Counted from the stretch's first letter, positions 38,283 to 47,988 are shown. The stretch is DNA of 64,000 nt from Candidatus Nomurabacteria bacterium (GCA_003155695.1 PMDZ01000006.1:20007-84006); one strand, 5' to 3'. Program-made: numbers and translations. The notes: generated by a model from the letters alone, not told the origin.

Positions 38283-39540
38283 TTTATATTTAAAGCAAGC
38301 TATACGTGGTATTAAATCAAACCCCTCGAGGACAATTTTGACGACTCTGGGAATTATGATTGGCATCGGAACGGTTATCCTTGTTCTTTCGGCTGGAGAA
38401 GGGTTTAAGAGTTACATCAATGCTCAAGTGGAAGCTTTCGGTTCAAATTCAATTATTATCCAGACTTCGGTGCCAGCTTCTACCAAGGCTAGGTCAAGCA
38501 GTGGAATCGGCTCAAATGAACCACAAAGTTCGGCCAACAACGCTGTTCCGATCACGACTCTTAAAGTTCGTGATGTCGAAGATATAAAAAATGTTTCAAA
38601 TGTCAAAAATTCCTATGGGGCGTCTGTTGGTCAGCAAACTGTCACCTATAAAAATGTTTCAAAAAGTTCTTTTATTTTTGGAGCAAGCGCCGCCCGTTTC
38701 GATATAGATAAAGGTGTGATTGCAAATGGACGCGGTTTTGTCGACCAGGAAGATAAAGCTTTGGCCCAAGTCGCAGTCCTTGGGAATAAAATTGCCACCG
38801 ATTTATTCGGGAATGAAGATCCGCTCAATAAATTTGTAAGAATCGGTAATTATAATTTTCAGGTAATCGGTGTTTACGAACCGACGGGAAGTCTGGACCC
38901 GACAAATGACGGAAGTGAAATTGTCATTCCGGTCACAACCTTGCAGAAAAAGATTCAAGGCATCGATTATCTTATATATATTGTCGCTGAATTACAGGAT
39001 AACTCTAAAGCCGACGCCACGGCTCTTGATATCATTGACGTTCTTCGCCGTAATCACTACATTACCGACCCGGTCAAAGATGATTTCAAAGTTCAAACTC
39101 AGCAAGAAAGTCTGGCAACTTTTGAGACAATTCTGAAAGCCATAACATTCCTGCTCATCGCCATTGCTTCTATCTCACTTATCGTTGGGGGAGTGGGAGT
39201 CATGAATATTATGTATGTCATCGTTACCGAACGTATCGGTGAAATCGGATTAAAGAAAGCTCTCGGTGCTCGCAACCGCGATATTCTTTATGAATTTCTT
39301 ATTGAGGCCATACTCCTGACAATTATAGGAGGAGTGATAGGAATAATGGGCGGTGCTTTCTTTGCTTTCATTGTTTCAAAAATTGCTCAAGGTTATGGGC
39401 TAGATTGGGCCTTTATTGTGCCTCCTTGGGGAGTAGCCATTTCCGTTTCCGTCTCAGCTATCATCGGCATCATTTTCGGTGTTTTTCCAGCCCAAAACGC
39501 CGCCCACCTAAATCCAATTGACGCGCTTAATAAAGAATAG
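38275..39540 (+). CDS. Second MacB/FtsX-family ABC permease
   Basis: RTILTTLGIMIG, GGVGVMNIM..ERIGEIGLKKALGA; ATG 38275. Confidence 0.92.
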   Translation: MNNLYLKQAIRGIKSNPSRTILTTLGIMIGIGTVILVLSAGEGFKSYINAQVEAFGSNSIIIQTSVPASTKARSSSGIGSNEPQSSANNAVPITTLKVRDVEDIKNVSNVKNSYGASVGQQTVTYKNVSKSSFIFGASAARFDIDKGVIANGRGFVDQEDKALAQVAVLGNKIATDLFGNEDPLNKFVRIGNYNFQVIGVYEPTGSLDPTNDGSEIVIPVTTLQKKIQGIDYLIYIVAELQDNSKADATALDIIDVLRRNHYITDPVKDDFKVQTQQESLATFETILKAITFLLIAIASISLIVGGVGVMNIMYVIVTERIGEIGLKKALGARNRDILYEFLIEAILLTIIGGVIGIMGGAFFAFIVSKIAQGYGLDWAFIVPPWGVAISVSVSAIIGIIFGVFPAQNAAHLNPIDALNKE

Positions 39541-39626
39541 AAAAAAATATAATGATTGCCTAATCTCAATTAAAGTTATATAATCGACAAGTCGGAACAT
39601 TATTAGTAGTTAAAAATATAAAATAT

Positions 39627-39896
39627 ATGCCAAAAGAAAAAGGACCTGAAGCGTTTAGTTTAACTCCAGAATATAGTGAGGCGAAGAAAGAATTTGGTCT
39701 TGATGTTTTAGATAATACCCAAATAGGTCTACGGGAAAAACTTAAAAAGCTCAAAGATCTTGCAGAAAAAATAGGTAACAATGCTAATAATTCCGCTGAT
39801 TTCGAGAATTTTCTTGGATATTGGATAAAAGCCAAAGATCGTGAACTTTATGAAGCTTATATGGAAAGTTTAGAAAATCTCAGAGACGCTGCATAA
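39627..39896 (+). CDS. Small hypothetical protein
   Basis: 89-aa ORF in an intergenic gap, followed by a hairpin. Confidence 0.55.
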   Translation: MPKEKGPEAFSLTPEYSEAKKEFGLDVLDNTQIGLREKLKKLKDLAEKIGNNANNSADFENFLGYWIKAKDRELYEAYMESLENLRDAA

Positions 39897-39916
39897 GAAG
39901 GTAAATAAAGATTTTA

Positions 39917-39960
39917 AATATACAAAAATGTCCTTAATTATAAGGATATTTTTGTATATT
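39917..39960. terminator. AT-rich hairpin, possible terminator
   Basis: AATATACAAAAAT...ATTTTTGTATATT inverted repeat. Confidence 0.55.
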
Positions 39961-40003
39961 TAGATTAATTTAAGTTTTAACTCTTCTATGGTATGATAGG
40001 CAC

Positions 40004-40798
40004 ATGGAAACATTATTAAACAACAAGAGAATAAGCATTTCGGTTTTTATATTATTAATAGTTTTGTCTTTGTTTGTCGTAGCTAAATTTATTAATGAGG
40101 TTAAGGGAAGTCCATATGTCGGTCGCGGGAATCAGCCGGCTAATGTGATATCTGTCGATGGAAAAGGCGATGTCACAGCCGTTTCCGATATTGCATCTTT
40201 GACTGTCAATCTAACCAAAGATGGAACGACGGCAAAAGAAGCCCAAGATTTGCTGAATACATCAATTACTAAAACGTTAAAATATCTTAAAGACCAAAAG
40301 ATTGACGATAAAGATATCAAGTCGGAATACGGAGGGTTAACTCCCAAGTATTCATATGCTCAACCTATTTGTATTACTTATCCGTGTCCGACCAAGGACC
40401 CAGTCATAATCGGTTACACCGCCACCCAGTCAATTACAATAAAAGTTCGTGTTGTCGACAATGCAAGTATTATTCGTACCGGTTTGGCCGATTTGGGAAT
40501 TACCGATATCAGTGGTCCAACCTTCACGATTGATAATCAAGATGCGTTTAATGACCAAGCTCGCGCTCTAGCTATAACCGACGCAAAAGGCAAAGCTCAA
40601 ATTTTGGCTAAAGAACTGGGAGTAACACTTGGTAAAGTTGTAAGCTTCTCGGAAAGTGGCAATAACCCATACCCAGTGATGTATGACACTAAAGCTATGC
40701 TGGGAGCCGGAACCTCAAGCAGTGCAGTTCCACCAACTCTTCCAAAAGGGGAAAACAAAATCACTTCAAACGTCTCAATTACTTACGAGATAAGATAA
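40004..40798 (+). CDS. SIMPL (DUF541) domain protein
   Basis: TM, ISVDGKG.V, A..AI.DAK.KA..LA..LGV.LG.V, V.ITYEI. Confidence 0.88.
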   Translation: METLLNNKRISISVFILLIVLSLFVVAKFINEVKGSPYVGRGNQPANVISVDGKGDVTAVSDIASLTVNLTKDGTTAKEAQDLLNTSITKTLKYLKDQKIDDKDIKSEYGGLTPKYSYAQPICITYPCPTKDPVIIGYTATQSITIKVRVVDNASIIRTGLADLGITDISGPTFTIDNQDAFNDQARALAITDAKGKAQILAKELGVTLGKVVSFSESGNNPYPVMYDTKAMLGAGTSSSAVPPTLPKGENKITSNVSITYEIR

Positions 40799-40806
40799 AA
40801 ATAACG

Positions 40807-40836
40807 AAAAAACCCTGCAAATGCAGGGTTTTTTTT
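40807..40836 (+). terminator. Intrinsic terminator
   Basis: AACCCTGCAAATGCAGGGTT followed by a T-tract. Confidence 0.85.
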
Positions 40837-40981
40837 GCTTTGCAAAATATTGTAAATATGATATTCTTCTATGGACAATAGCTCATCGACATATATTTTA
40901 GTAAATATTTGCCGATTATTTTTTTGAGTACTCTTTGATTGAAAAAATTAAATATCAAAATATAAACTAAAATTAAATAAT

Positions 40982-41521
40982 ATGGAAACAACGGAAATAA
41001 CCGCAACAAAAACTTGGAAAGAAACACTTGTCCAAATAGACGCCCGCCTTAAAGAGTTAAACGAAAAGGCAAAACCAAAGATTGAGCAAATTAAGGGAAA
41101 AATATTTCACGAAGATGATGGGGAGAAAAATTTTGCCCTTCTCATGGACATCGCTAAACGATTGGAAGCCATACAAACAGAAAACAATAAATTAATTAAT
41201 AGACATAAAGATGAGTATGAACTAATTTGTCTAACGAAAGAAAGCACTAAAGATTGTCTTTTATTGTTTAATGCTCTTAATCCGTCCGAAAGAATAGCCT
41301 TTGCTCGGTGTTTAAGTGGTGTTTTCCTTCCTGCTTGGAGAGACAAAATAGAAAGAGTCTCAGATGAAAGAGAAAAAATATTCTATAAAGAAAAATTTGA
41401 GCAATTGATGTATTTCTACAGAATTGAGATGATGTTTTATTTAACTGAAAAGGAAGTGGATGAAAAAGGCTTACCTAAGAAACGGTCAGCGGTCAAACCC
41501 GACCTCAAAGAAATAATGTAG
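40982..41521 (+). CDS. Hypothetical helical protein
   Basis: 179-aa ORF bounded by terminators; no recognised motif. Confidence 0.65.
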   Translation: METTEITATKTWKETLVQIDARLKELNEKAKPKIEQIKGKIFHEDDGEKNFALLMDIAKRLEAIQTENNKLINRHKDEYELICLTKESTKDCLLLFNALNPSERIAFARCLSGVFLPAWRDKIERVSDEREKIFYKEKFEQLMYFYRIEMMFYLTEKEVDEKGLPKKRSAVKPDLKEIM

Positions 41522-41531
41522 TTATTTATTT

Positions 41532-41559
41532 AAACCCCTGTAAATCAGGGGTTTTTTTT
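41532..41559 (+). terminator. Intrinsic terminator
   Basis: AACCCCTG-TAAAT-CAGGGGTT followed by a T-tract. Confidence 0.85.
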
Positions 41560-41563
41560 CATG

Positions 41564-41592
41564 TTGACTTTATGGGTCTGAAAGCGTATTAT
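41564..41592 (+). promoter_or_regulatory. Putative sigma70 promoter of secE-nusG
   Basis: TTGACT-N17-TATTAT. Confidence 0.6.
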
Positions 41593-41641
41593 ATATCTAT
41601 TACACCCCCGGGGTGTTTTTTACTAAGACTAAAACATTTTT

Positions 41642-41827
41642 ATGGATAAAGTAATAAATTATATAAAAGAAGTAATAGAAGAATCAAAAAAGGTAACTTG
41701 GCCGACCCGCAGACAGACAATATTTTTCACAGTTACGGTTTTAATAATATCTGTAGCTGTCGCTTATTATCTCGGGTTACTGGATTTTCTATTTAGTAGT
41801 GGTCTTAAATTTTTACTTACAAGATAA
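41642..41827 (+). CDS. secE: Preprotein translocase subunit SecE
   Basis: E.KKVTWP plus a single TM; precedes nusG. Confidence 0.93.
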   Translation: MDKVINYIKEVIEESKKVTWPTRRQTIFFTVTVLIISVAVAYYLGLLDFLFSSGLKFLLTR

Positions 41828-41839
41828 TTTTAAAATATT

Positions 41840-42391
41840 ATGGCAAAACAAGAATTAAGAGGAGAAAGGAATTGGTACGCGATTCATACTTACGCTGGTT
41901 ATGAAAATGCCGTCATGCGTAATCTAAAACAGCGTATCGATTCGCTTGGAATGAATGACAAAATTTTCAGTGTTGTCGTCCCAATCGAGAAAAAGATTAA
42001 GATAAAAGCTGGGAAGCGTGTCGAAGTTGAAGAGAAAGTTTACCCGGGTTATGTCCTCGTCGATATGATTGTTGACGATAATTCTTGGTATGTTGTTCGT
42101 AATACTCCTAGAGTCACAGGTTTTGTCGGAGCCGGAGTCAACCCGGTTCCGCTTGCCAAGAATGAAGTCGATGAACTTTTCAGTCGAATGGATAAAGTTG
42201 ATACGAAAAATAAACACCAAATTGATGTTGAGATTGGGGAGATGGTTCGTATTGCCGATGGCCCATTCAAAGATTTGGAAGGTAAGGTGAGCGATATAGA
42301 CAGAGAGCGAGGTAAAATAAAAGTTCTGGTTTCAATGTTTGGTCGTGAGACTCCAGTCGAGTTGGACTTTCTACAAATCAAGAAAATTTAA
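41840..42391 (+). CDS. nusG: Transcription termination/antitermination factor NusG
   Basis: WYAIHTYAGYE, YPGYVLV, NTPRVTGFVG, MFGRETPVEL. Confidence 0.97.
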   Translation: MAKQELRGERNWYAIHTYAGYENAVMRNLKQRIDSLGMNDKIFSVVVPIEKKIKIKAGKRVEVEEKVYPGYVLVDMIVDDNSWYVVRNTPRVTGFVGAGVNPVPLAKNEVDELFSRMDKVDTKNKHQIDVEIGEMVRIADGPFKDLEGKVSDIDRERGKIKVLVSMFGRETPVELDFLQIKKI

Positions 42392-42485
42392 AATAGCTCT
42401 TCCCAAAGGGTACTCAAATTTTTTGCTAAAAATTTGCTCAGTTTTCGCTCCGTCGAGCTCAAAAGCCCCTTTGATAAGACTATTC
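42391..42485 (+). repeat. ~95-bp three-way-junction element, copy 2
   Basis: Closest to copy 1; starts at the nusG stop codon. Confidence 0.9.
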
Positions 42486-42504
42486 TAAATTTTCTTTATT
42501 CTTC

Positions 42505-42533
42505 TTGATTTGTAAGGATAATTATGATAGATT
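42505..42533 (+). promoter_or_regulatory. Putative promoter of rplK
   Basis: TTGATT-N17-TAGATT with extended TG. Confidence 0.5.
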
Positions 42534-42578
42534 AAGTCTGTTACGCTAGCTTCAAATTAATAAAAAATATACATTTAT

Positions 42579-43001
42579 ATGGCAAAAAAAATTATAAAAA
42601 AAGTAAAATTACAAATTCCAGCCGCAAAGGCTACCCCTGCTCCACCACTTGGTCCGGCACTTGGTCAGGCCGGCGTTAATATCGCTGAATTCTGCCAAAA
42701 ATTTAACGCTATGACGGCTAAAATGGCTGGAGATATTGTCGGTGTTGCAATTACCGTTTATGAAGATAGAACTTACGATATTAAGGTTAAAACCCCACCA
42801 GTTTCAGGTCTGATATTCAAGGCCGCCGGAGTAGAAGGTGGCTCGGGAAAACCAAATACGGCAAAGGTTGGCAAATTAACCAAAGCTCAAATCAAAGAAA
42901 TTGCCATGAAGAAAATGCCCGACCTGAATGCCAAAGATATAGAAGGAGCCATGAAGATAGTGGAAGGTTCTGCTCGTTCAGCCGGAATCACCACAGAATA
43001 A
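42579..43001 (+). CDS. rplK: 50S ribosomal protein L11
   Basis: [23 protein letters not shown]. Confidence 0.97.
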   Translation: MAKKIIKKVKLQIPAAKATPAPPLGPALGQAGVNIAEFCQKFNAMTAKMAGDIVGVAITVYEDRTYDIKVKTPPVSGLIFKAAGVEGGSGKPNTAKVGKLTKAQIKEIAMKKMPDLNAKDIEGAMKIVEGSARSAGITTE

Positions 43002-43017
43002 ATAAAAATTATTTAAC

Positions 43018-43069
43018 ATCTCAAAAGAAACAAACGAGAGCCATGGCTCTCGTTTGTTTCTTTTGAGAT
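43018..43069. terminator. Perfect 52-bp palindrome, bidirectional terminator between rplK and efp
   Basis: ATCTCAAAAGAAACAAACGAGAGCCA|TGGCTCTCGTTTGTTTCTTTTGAGAT. Confidence 0.8.
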
Positions 43070-43072
43070 ACT

Positions 43073-43654
43073 TTATTTTCCAACTCTTTCGACATATTCA
43101 CCAGTTTCTGTATTGACGACAACTTTATCGCCGGCTTCAACGAAGAAGGGAACTTGAATCTTGACGCCATTTTCAAGTATGGCCAGTTTGCCTCCACCGT
43201 TGGCTGTGTTGCCACGGATTGATGGAGGAGCTTCCTTGATGGTGAATTCCATTTTAATCGGTAAGGATATTTTTATGATTTGGTCTTCATCGTCATTGTT
43301 GTTCCATACAAGGGCAGTTACATTCTCGTTAGTTTTCAAAAATCTAGCGGAGTTACCGATGATACTCTCGGAGATTTGGAAGCGGTCTTTCGGGTCAGTT
43401 GGATCGGCGAACCAATATTCTCCCTTATTAGTATAAAGGAATTTAATTTCACGTTTATTGATGTCTGCTTCATCCACTTTATCGGCAGCATGGAATGTTG
43501 CATTCAAAGCGCGACCATTCAACAAGTTTTTGAGTTTAACCTGATTTTGTGGCTTTCTCATCTGAGTTCGGGCAACGTGATTATCCAGAACTTCACACGG
43601 TTCATCCTCATAAATTATTATTTTTCCAACACGGATTTCGCTGTATTCGAGCAT
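43073..43654 (-). CDS. efp: Elongation factor P
   Basis: PSIRGNTA, K.A.LENG..IQVPFFV..GD..VVNTETGEYVER. Confidence 0.92.
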   Translation of the reverse strand: MLEYSEIRVGKIIIYEDEPCEVLDNHVARTQMRKPQNQVKLKNLLNGRALNATFHAADKVDEADINKREIKFLYTNKGEYWFADPTDPKDRFQISESIIGNSARFLKTNENVTALVWNNNDDEDQIIKISLPIKMEFTIKEAPPSIRGNTANGGGKLAILENGVKIQVPFFVEAGDKVVVNTETGEYVERVGK

Positions 43655-43733
43655 ATATTTTCTAATTATTTAATAACTAAAGGAGTATAACAGAATAAGT
43701 CATTATTTTCAAGCTAGGATAACAAAAAACAAA

Positions 43734-43828
43734 AAATAGTCTTATCAGAGGGACTTGGGAGCGCGACGGCGCGAGCACGAGGAATTTTTCAGCAGAAAAA
43801 TATCCGTGCCCTCTGGGAAGAGCTATCT
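43734..43828 (-). repeat. ~95-bp three-way-junction element, copy 3
   Basis: Reverse complement is nearly identical to copy 6. Confidence 0.9.
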
Positions 43829-43846
43829 TTTGTTTTTATCTTTAAA

Positions 43847-44917
43847 CTATTCTCCACTACTTGCAACCTGGATTTCTCCGAACCTGGATTTAATTTCTTT
43901 CAATATTTCGTCGGAAAGTTTTTTATTGTCACGCAGAAATGTTCGAGCAGCGTCATATCCGCGACCAAGTTTTATTTCTTCGACAGGACCTTTCTCTTTT
44001 TGTTTAGCTGTTCCGTTGTAACTAAATATTGCTCCGCTTGTTTTGCTGATGATTCCGAGTTTTTCACCGAGAGCCATTATTTCGCCTTCACGTGAAATTC
44101 CTTCCCCATACAGGATATCGAATTCAGTTTGTTTGAAAGGACTTGCGACTTTATTCTTGACGACTTTCACTCGAGTACGGCTTCCGACAACTTCCTCGCC
44201 TTTTTTGATTTGGGCAATACGACGGATATCCAAGCGAATAGTTGTGTAGAATTTAAGAGCCTTACCTCCCGGAGTTGTTTCCGGATTTCCGAACATTACA
44301 CCGATTTGCATACGAATCTGATTGATGAATATTAATACTGTTTTTGAATGAGCAACTATAGCTGTTAATTTGCGAAGGGCTTGCGACATCAGGCGAGCTT
44401 GTTTTCCCATATGCTGTTGGCCCATATCTCCCTCAATTTCGTCTTTTGGAGTCAGTGCCGCGACAGAGTCAATGACGATAACATCTATTTTCCCAGAACG
44501 AACCAAACTTTCTGTGATTTCAAGGGCTTGCTCACCATTATCCGGTTGGGATATCAAAAGCTCTTTTATATTTACTCCAAGCTTTCCGGCATAATCCGGG
44601 TCCATGGCATGCTCGGCATCTATATAGGCGCAAACTCCGCCTTTCTTCTGAGCTTCAGCAACGATGTGTAGGGCCAGTGTTGTCTTACCGGAAGATTCCG
44701 GTCCATATATCTCAATCATACGGCCACGAGGCACTCCACCGACGCCGAGAGCCATATCCAAGCCGATTGAACCAGTCGGAATAACATCGATATCTACTTT
44801 TGGAGCATCTCCCAATTTCATAATGGCTCCTTCTCCGAACTTTGTCTGAATTGATTTAATCGTATCTTCAATCGCTGCACCCATTTCCTTTGGGGCCTTT
44901 TTTGCTTTTTTTAACAT
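43847..44917 (-). CDS. recA: Recombinase RecA
   Basis: [37 protein letters not shown]. Confidence 0.98.
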   Translation of the reverse strand: MLKKAKKAPKEMGAAIEDTIKSIQTKFGEGAIMKLGDAPKVDIDVIPTGSIGLDMALGVGGVPRGRMIEIYGPESSGKTTLALHIVAEAQKKGGVCAYIDAEHAMDPDYAGKLGVNIKELLISQPDNGEQALEITESLVRSGKIDVIVIDSVAALTPKDEIEGDMGQQHMGKQARLMSQALRKLTAIVAHSKTVLIFINQIRMQIGVMFGNPETTPGGKALKFYTTIRLDIRRIAQIKKGEEVVGSRTRVKVVKNKVASPFKQTEFDILYGEGISREGEIMALGEKLGIISKTSGAIFSYNGTAKQKEKGPVEEIKLGRGYDAARTFLRDNKKLSDEILKEIKSRFGEIQVASSGE

Positions 44918-44939
44918 GACTATTAATTTCTCGAAATGA

Positions 44940-45035
44940 AAATAGTTTTCCCAAAAGGGGCTTGTGAACTCGACGGAGTGAACACGGAGGAAATTTTTAG
45001 TAGAAAATTTCCGTACCCTTTTTTGAATACTATTT
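44940..45035 (-). repeat. ~95-bp three-way-junction element, copy 4
   Basis: Reverse complement contains GGGTAC...CTCCGTCGAG...AAGCCCC...ACTAT. Confidence 0.88.
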
Positions 45036-45051
45036 TTGTTTCGAATGTATT

Positions 45052-45447
45052 TTAATTTATAATGTTCACACTTCTAAATGCGATCGCCTTCGCATTTTCT
45101 TCATAAACTACTTCGAATTTTTTCTCTGCGGTTTTCCCGAATTTGTCTTTGGCATCCAATGTCACAACCGAGAACCCCGGCAATACAGCGATGGATTCGG
45201 AGAAATTTCCATCCGTGTCGACAAATATTTCTCTACCATTGAGTGTTAAGTATATAGCTTTTGATGCGCTACCGCTAACTGTAGCAAGCGGTGAATTATT
45301 TTCTTGTTTTATCGCTGCTTTTATTTCAACACCTTTCCAGATAAAGTGCATTTTCTCATAACCAAAAATCATGATGATAGAAAACAATGCTACACAGGAA
45401 ATTATTCCTATCCACCATTTTATATTTTTGTTTTTTATGTTTCGCAT
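45052..45447 (-). CDS. Membrane-anchored Ig-like domain hypothetical protein
   Basis: TM followed by V.G...LTLNG....DGNF...L.PG...V...AKDKFGK pattern; start uncertain. Confidence 0.7.
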   Translation of the reverse strand: MRNIKNKNIKWWIGIISCVALFSIIMIFGYEKMHFIWKGVEIKAAIKQENNSPLATVSGSASKAIYLTLNGREIFVDTDGNFSESIAVLPGFSVVTLDAKDKFGKTAEKKFEVVYEENAKAIAFRSVNIIN

Positions 45448-45500
45448 TATGATTTTGCAAATCATGTCGCGTAAGTCGATTGATACGCGACGCTGATTTT

Positions 45501-47702
45501 TTAATTGTTATTTTTTATTTCTTCTTCCTCAGTATGGTCCATTGGCTTCTCGAGTATCTCTCTTGGCTTTGCTCCATTACCGGCTCCTATCACTCCGCGT
45601 TCTTCAAGCATATCTATCAATTTTGCTGCCCGAGCATATCCAACTCCCAATTTTCTTTGTAAGTATGAAGTCGAAGCTTTTCCGGCTTCCATGACAGTTA
45701 ATCTTGCATCTTCGTAAAGGTCATCATCTCCGTCATCAATGCTATCTGTAAAAAGGCTACCATTTCCTTTATCTATATTACCACTTAAATCAATTGTATT
45801 CGGTATTTCGTCAATATACGCTTTCCTTAAATATTCTACCACTTTTTTGACTTCTTCTTCAGAGATAAAGGCACTTTGCAATCTCTCCGGGTGAGGAGTC
45901 TCGGCACACGAATAAAGCATATCTCCGGCGCCAAGAAGCTTCTCGGCTCCGCCTTGGTCCAGTATTGTTCGGGAATCTATCTGTGAAGAAACCTGAAGTG
46001 CAATACGCGTAGGAATATTGGCCTTGATTAACCCGGTAATTATATTTACCGATGGTCTTTGGGTGGAAAGGATGAGGTGTATACCCACAGCCCGGGACAT
46101 TTGGGCCAAGCGAATAATAGCACTTTCCAATTCTCTTGGGTAGGCGGTCATAATATCAGCCAGTTCATCCACAACGATAACAATGTAAGGAAGACGTTCA
46201 GCTTCTACTCCACTTTTCTTGGCTTTTTCATAAACATTGGCATGATATGATTCGATATTCTGGACCGATTCAGCCTGTAAAATATCGTAGCGTCTGTCCA
46301 TTTCGCGCGCGGCCCACTTGAGAGAAAGAATTGTTTTCTTTGCTTCGGTTATAACCGGTGTAAGCAAATGAGGAATTTTATTATATAGAGTAAGTTCGAC
46401 GCGCTTTGGGTCAACCATTATAAATTGCAAATCCTGTGGTCCATTCCTATAGAGTAGTGATGTGATAATGGAGTGAATGGTTACAGACTTACCTGAGCCG
46501 GTAGTTCCGGCAACAAGTAAGTGTGGCATCTTGGCAAGATTGCCGAATATTGATTTACCGGAAAGTCCACGCCCGAGTGCGATAGTGAGTGGCTTTTGAG
46601 AATTTTGGAATTTTTCATCGGCAAGAAGGGTCGCCAGTCCGACAGTTGATTTTACTTTATTCGGAATTTCAATTCCGACAAGCGATTTCCCAGGGATAGG
46701 AGCTTCGATACGGATAGTTTTTGCCATCAAAGCAAGAGCGAGTTCATTCTGAAGTCCGACGATTCGGGAAAGTTTAACTCCCTGAGCCGGCTTGAGTGAA
46801 TAACGAGTGACGGTCGGACCGACAGTTACTTCATCCATCTCGACAGAAATTCCGAAGGTAAATAAAGTTCTTTGAATGGTATTCATATTACCTTTCATGT
46901 CCCCGGTGTTTGCAACACCTTTATCCTTCTCGAGAAGTGATAGTGGGGGAGGGATGTAGTTCGTACTGAACTTCTTTACTTTGCCGACTGCCTTTGTTAT
47001 CTCATCTTCTTCTTTTGTTTCGTCATGAGGCATTTGTTCTACACTCTTATCTTTTTCGGCTTCTTTTTTAATTTCCACAATATCCTCCTCAATAGTTTCT
47101 TCAACTTCTTCTTTCTTTAGTTTTAGAGAACGAACATCCGATTTAAGGAAATCCCAAATCTTTCGGAATAGGTCCATTAAGTTTGGTTTCTCATCAAACA
47201 AAATAATAAGGGATGCGATAAGTATGGCACCAAGTAAAAGTATGGAAGCATATATTCCGAAAAGTTTTATAAACGGCCACGAGACTATGCTACCGAGATA
47301 TCCACCAAAAGTAATATTTATAGATTCCCCTTTTCCATTACTTGCGATGTCCATTATGGAGAGGGAAGAGAGTAGAGCGACAAAACCGAAAATAGCGTGA
47401 ACTTTTGCAATTTGTGGTTTCTCTTTTTTCATAAAAGAAAAACCGATAAGCACAAGCAAAATAGGCAATAGATAATATCCAACTCCCAAGAATGAATTTA
47501 ATATTGTATAAATAAAATTTCCGACAACTCCCGCCATTCTGAAAATTGAAAGTATAACGAGAAGTCCGAGGACCATAAAACCAATACCCCAGATACTGTA
47601 TCGAGTCTCTTCTTTTAATTCTATTTTTTTACCATTTTTTTTCTTTCCCTTCTTTGATGTTACTTCATCATCAATATCCTCATCAGTATCTTTTTTAGCC
47701 AT
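45501..47702 (-). CDS. ftsK: DNA translocase FtsK/SpoIIIE
   Basis: N-terminal TMs; MPHLLVAGTTGSGKS, TQRPS, C-terminal gamma domain STSYLQRKL; ATG 47702. Confidence 0.96.
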   Translation of the reverse strand: MAKKDTDEDIDDEVTSKKGKKKNGKKIELKEETRYSIWGIGFMVLGLLVILSIFRMAGVVGNFIYTILNSFLGVGYYLLPILLVLIGFSFMKKEKPQIAKVHAIFGFVALLSSLSIMDIASNGKGESINITFGGYLGSIVSWPFIKLFGIYASILLLGAILIASLIILFDEKPNLMDLFRKIWDFLKSDVRSLKLKKEEVEETIEEDIVEIKKEAEKDKSVEQMPHDETKEEDEITKAVGKVKKFSTNYIPPPLSLLEKDKGVANTGDMKGNMNTIQRTLFTFGISVEMDEVTVGPTVTRYSLKPAQGVKLSRIVGLQNELALALMAKTIRIEAPIPGKSLVGIEIPNKVKSTVGLATLLADEKFQNSQKPLTIALGRGLSGKSIFGNLAKMPHLLVAGTTGSGKSVTIHSIITSLLYRNGPQDLQFIMVDPKRVELTLYNKIPHLLTPVITEAKKTILSLKWAAREMDRRYDILQAESVQNIESYHANVYEKAKKSGVEAERLPYIVIVVDELADIMTAYPRELESAIIRLAQMSRAVGIHLILSTQRPSVNIITGLIKANIPTRIALQVSSQIDSRTILDQGGAEKLLGAGDMLYSCAETPHPERLQSAFISEEEVKKVVEYLRKAYIDEIPNTIDLSGNIDKGNGSLFTDSIDDGDDDLYEDARLTVMEAGKASTSYLQRKLGVGYARAAKLIDMLEERGVIGAGNGAKPREILEKPMDHTEEEEIKNNN

Positions 47703-47763
47703 ATATGTACACATTATATCATAATTTTTTTGCCTCCACACCTTTTTCTCTTTGGCGTATCTC

Positions 47764-47860
47764 TGAATAGTCTTATTGAAGGGGCTTGTGAACTCGACGG
47801 AGCGAACACTGAGCTAATTTCTACCAAGAAATTAACGTACCCTTCAAGAAGAGCTATTCA
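47764..47860 (-). repeat. ~95-bp three-way-junction element, copy 5
   Basis: TGAATAG...CTATTCA ends; back-to-back with copy 6. Confidence 0.9.
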
Positions 47861-47871
47861 TATTTAATACA

Positions 47872-47988
47872 GAGCAGTTCCGAGATAGCTCTTCTCAGAG
47901 AGCACGGATATTTTTCTACTGAAAAATTCCTCGTGCTCGCGCCGTCGCGCTCCCAAGTCTCTCTGATAAGACTATTTCGGAACTGCTC
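47872..47988 (+). repeat. ~95-bp three-way-junction element, copy 6 (core 47883-47977) with extended arms
   Basis: GAGCAGTTCCGAGATAG...CTATTTCGGAACTGCTC. Confidence 0.9.

Noticed and set aside
42391-42485. Structure upstream of rplK as an L1 autoregulatory leader
   Set aside because: It is a copy of the dispersed 95-bp element also found beside non-ribosomal genes, and it lies upstream of the putative rplK promoter.
43975-44015. Extra ~10 residues in the RecA C-terminal domain as another palindrome insertion
   Set aside because: No inverted repeat is visible in the DNA; more likely ordinary loop variation.
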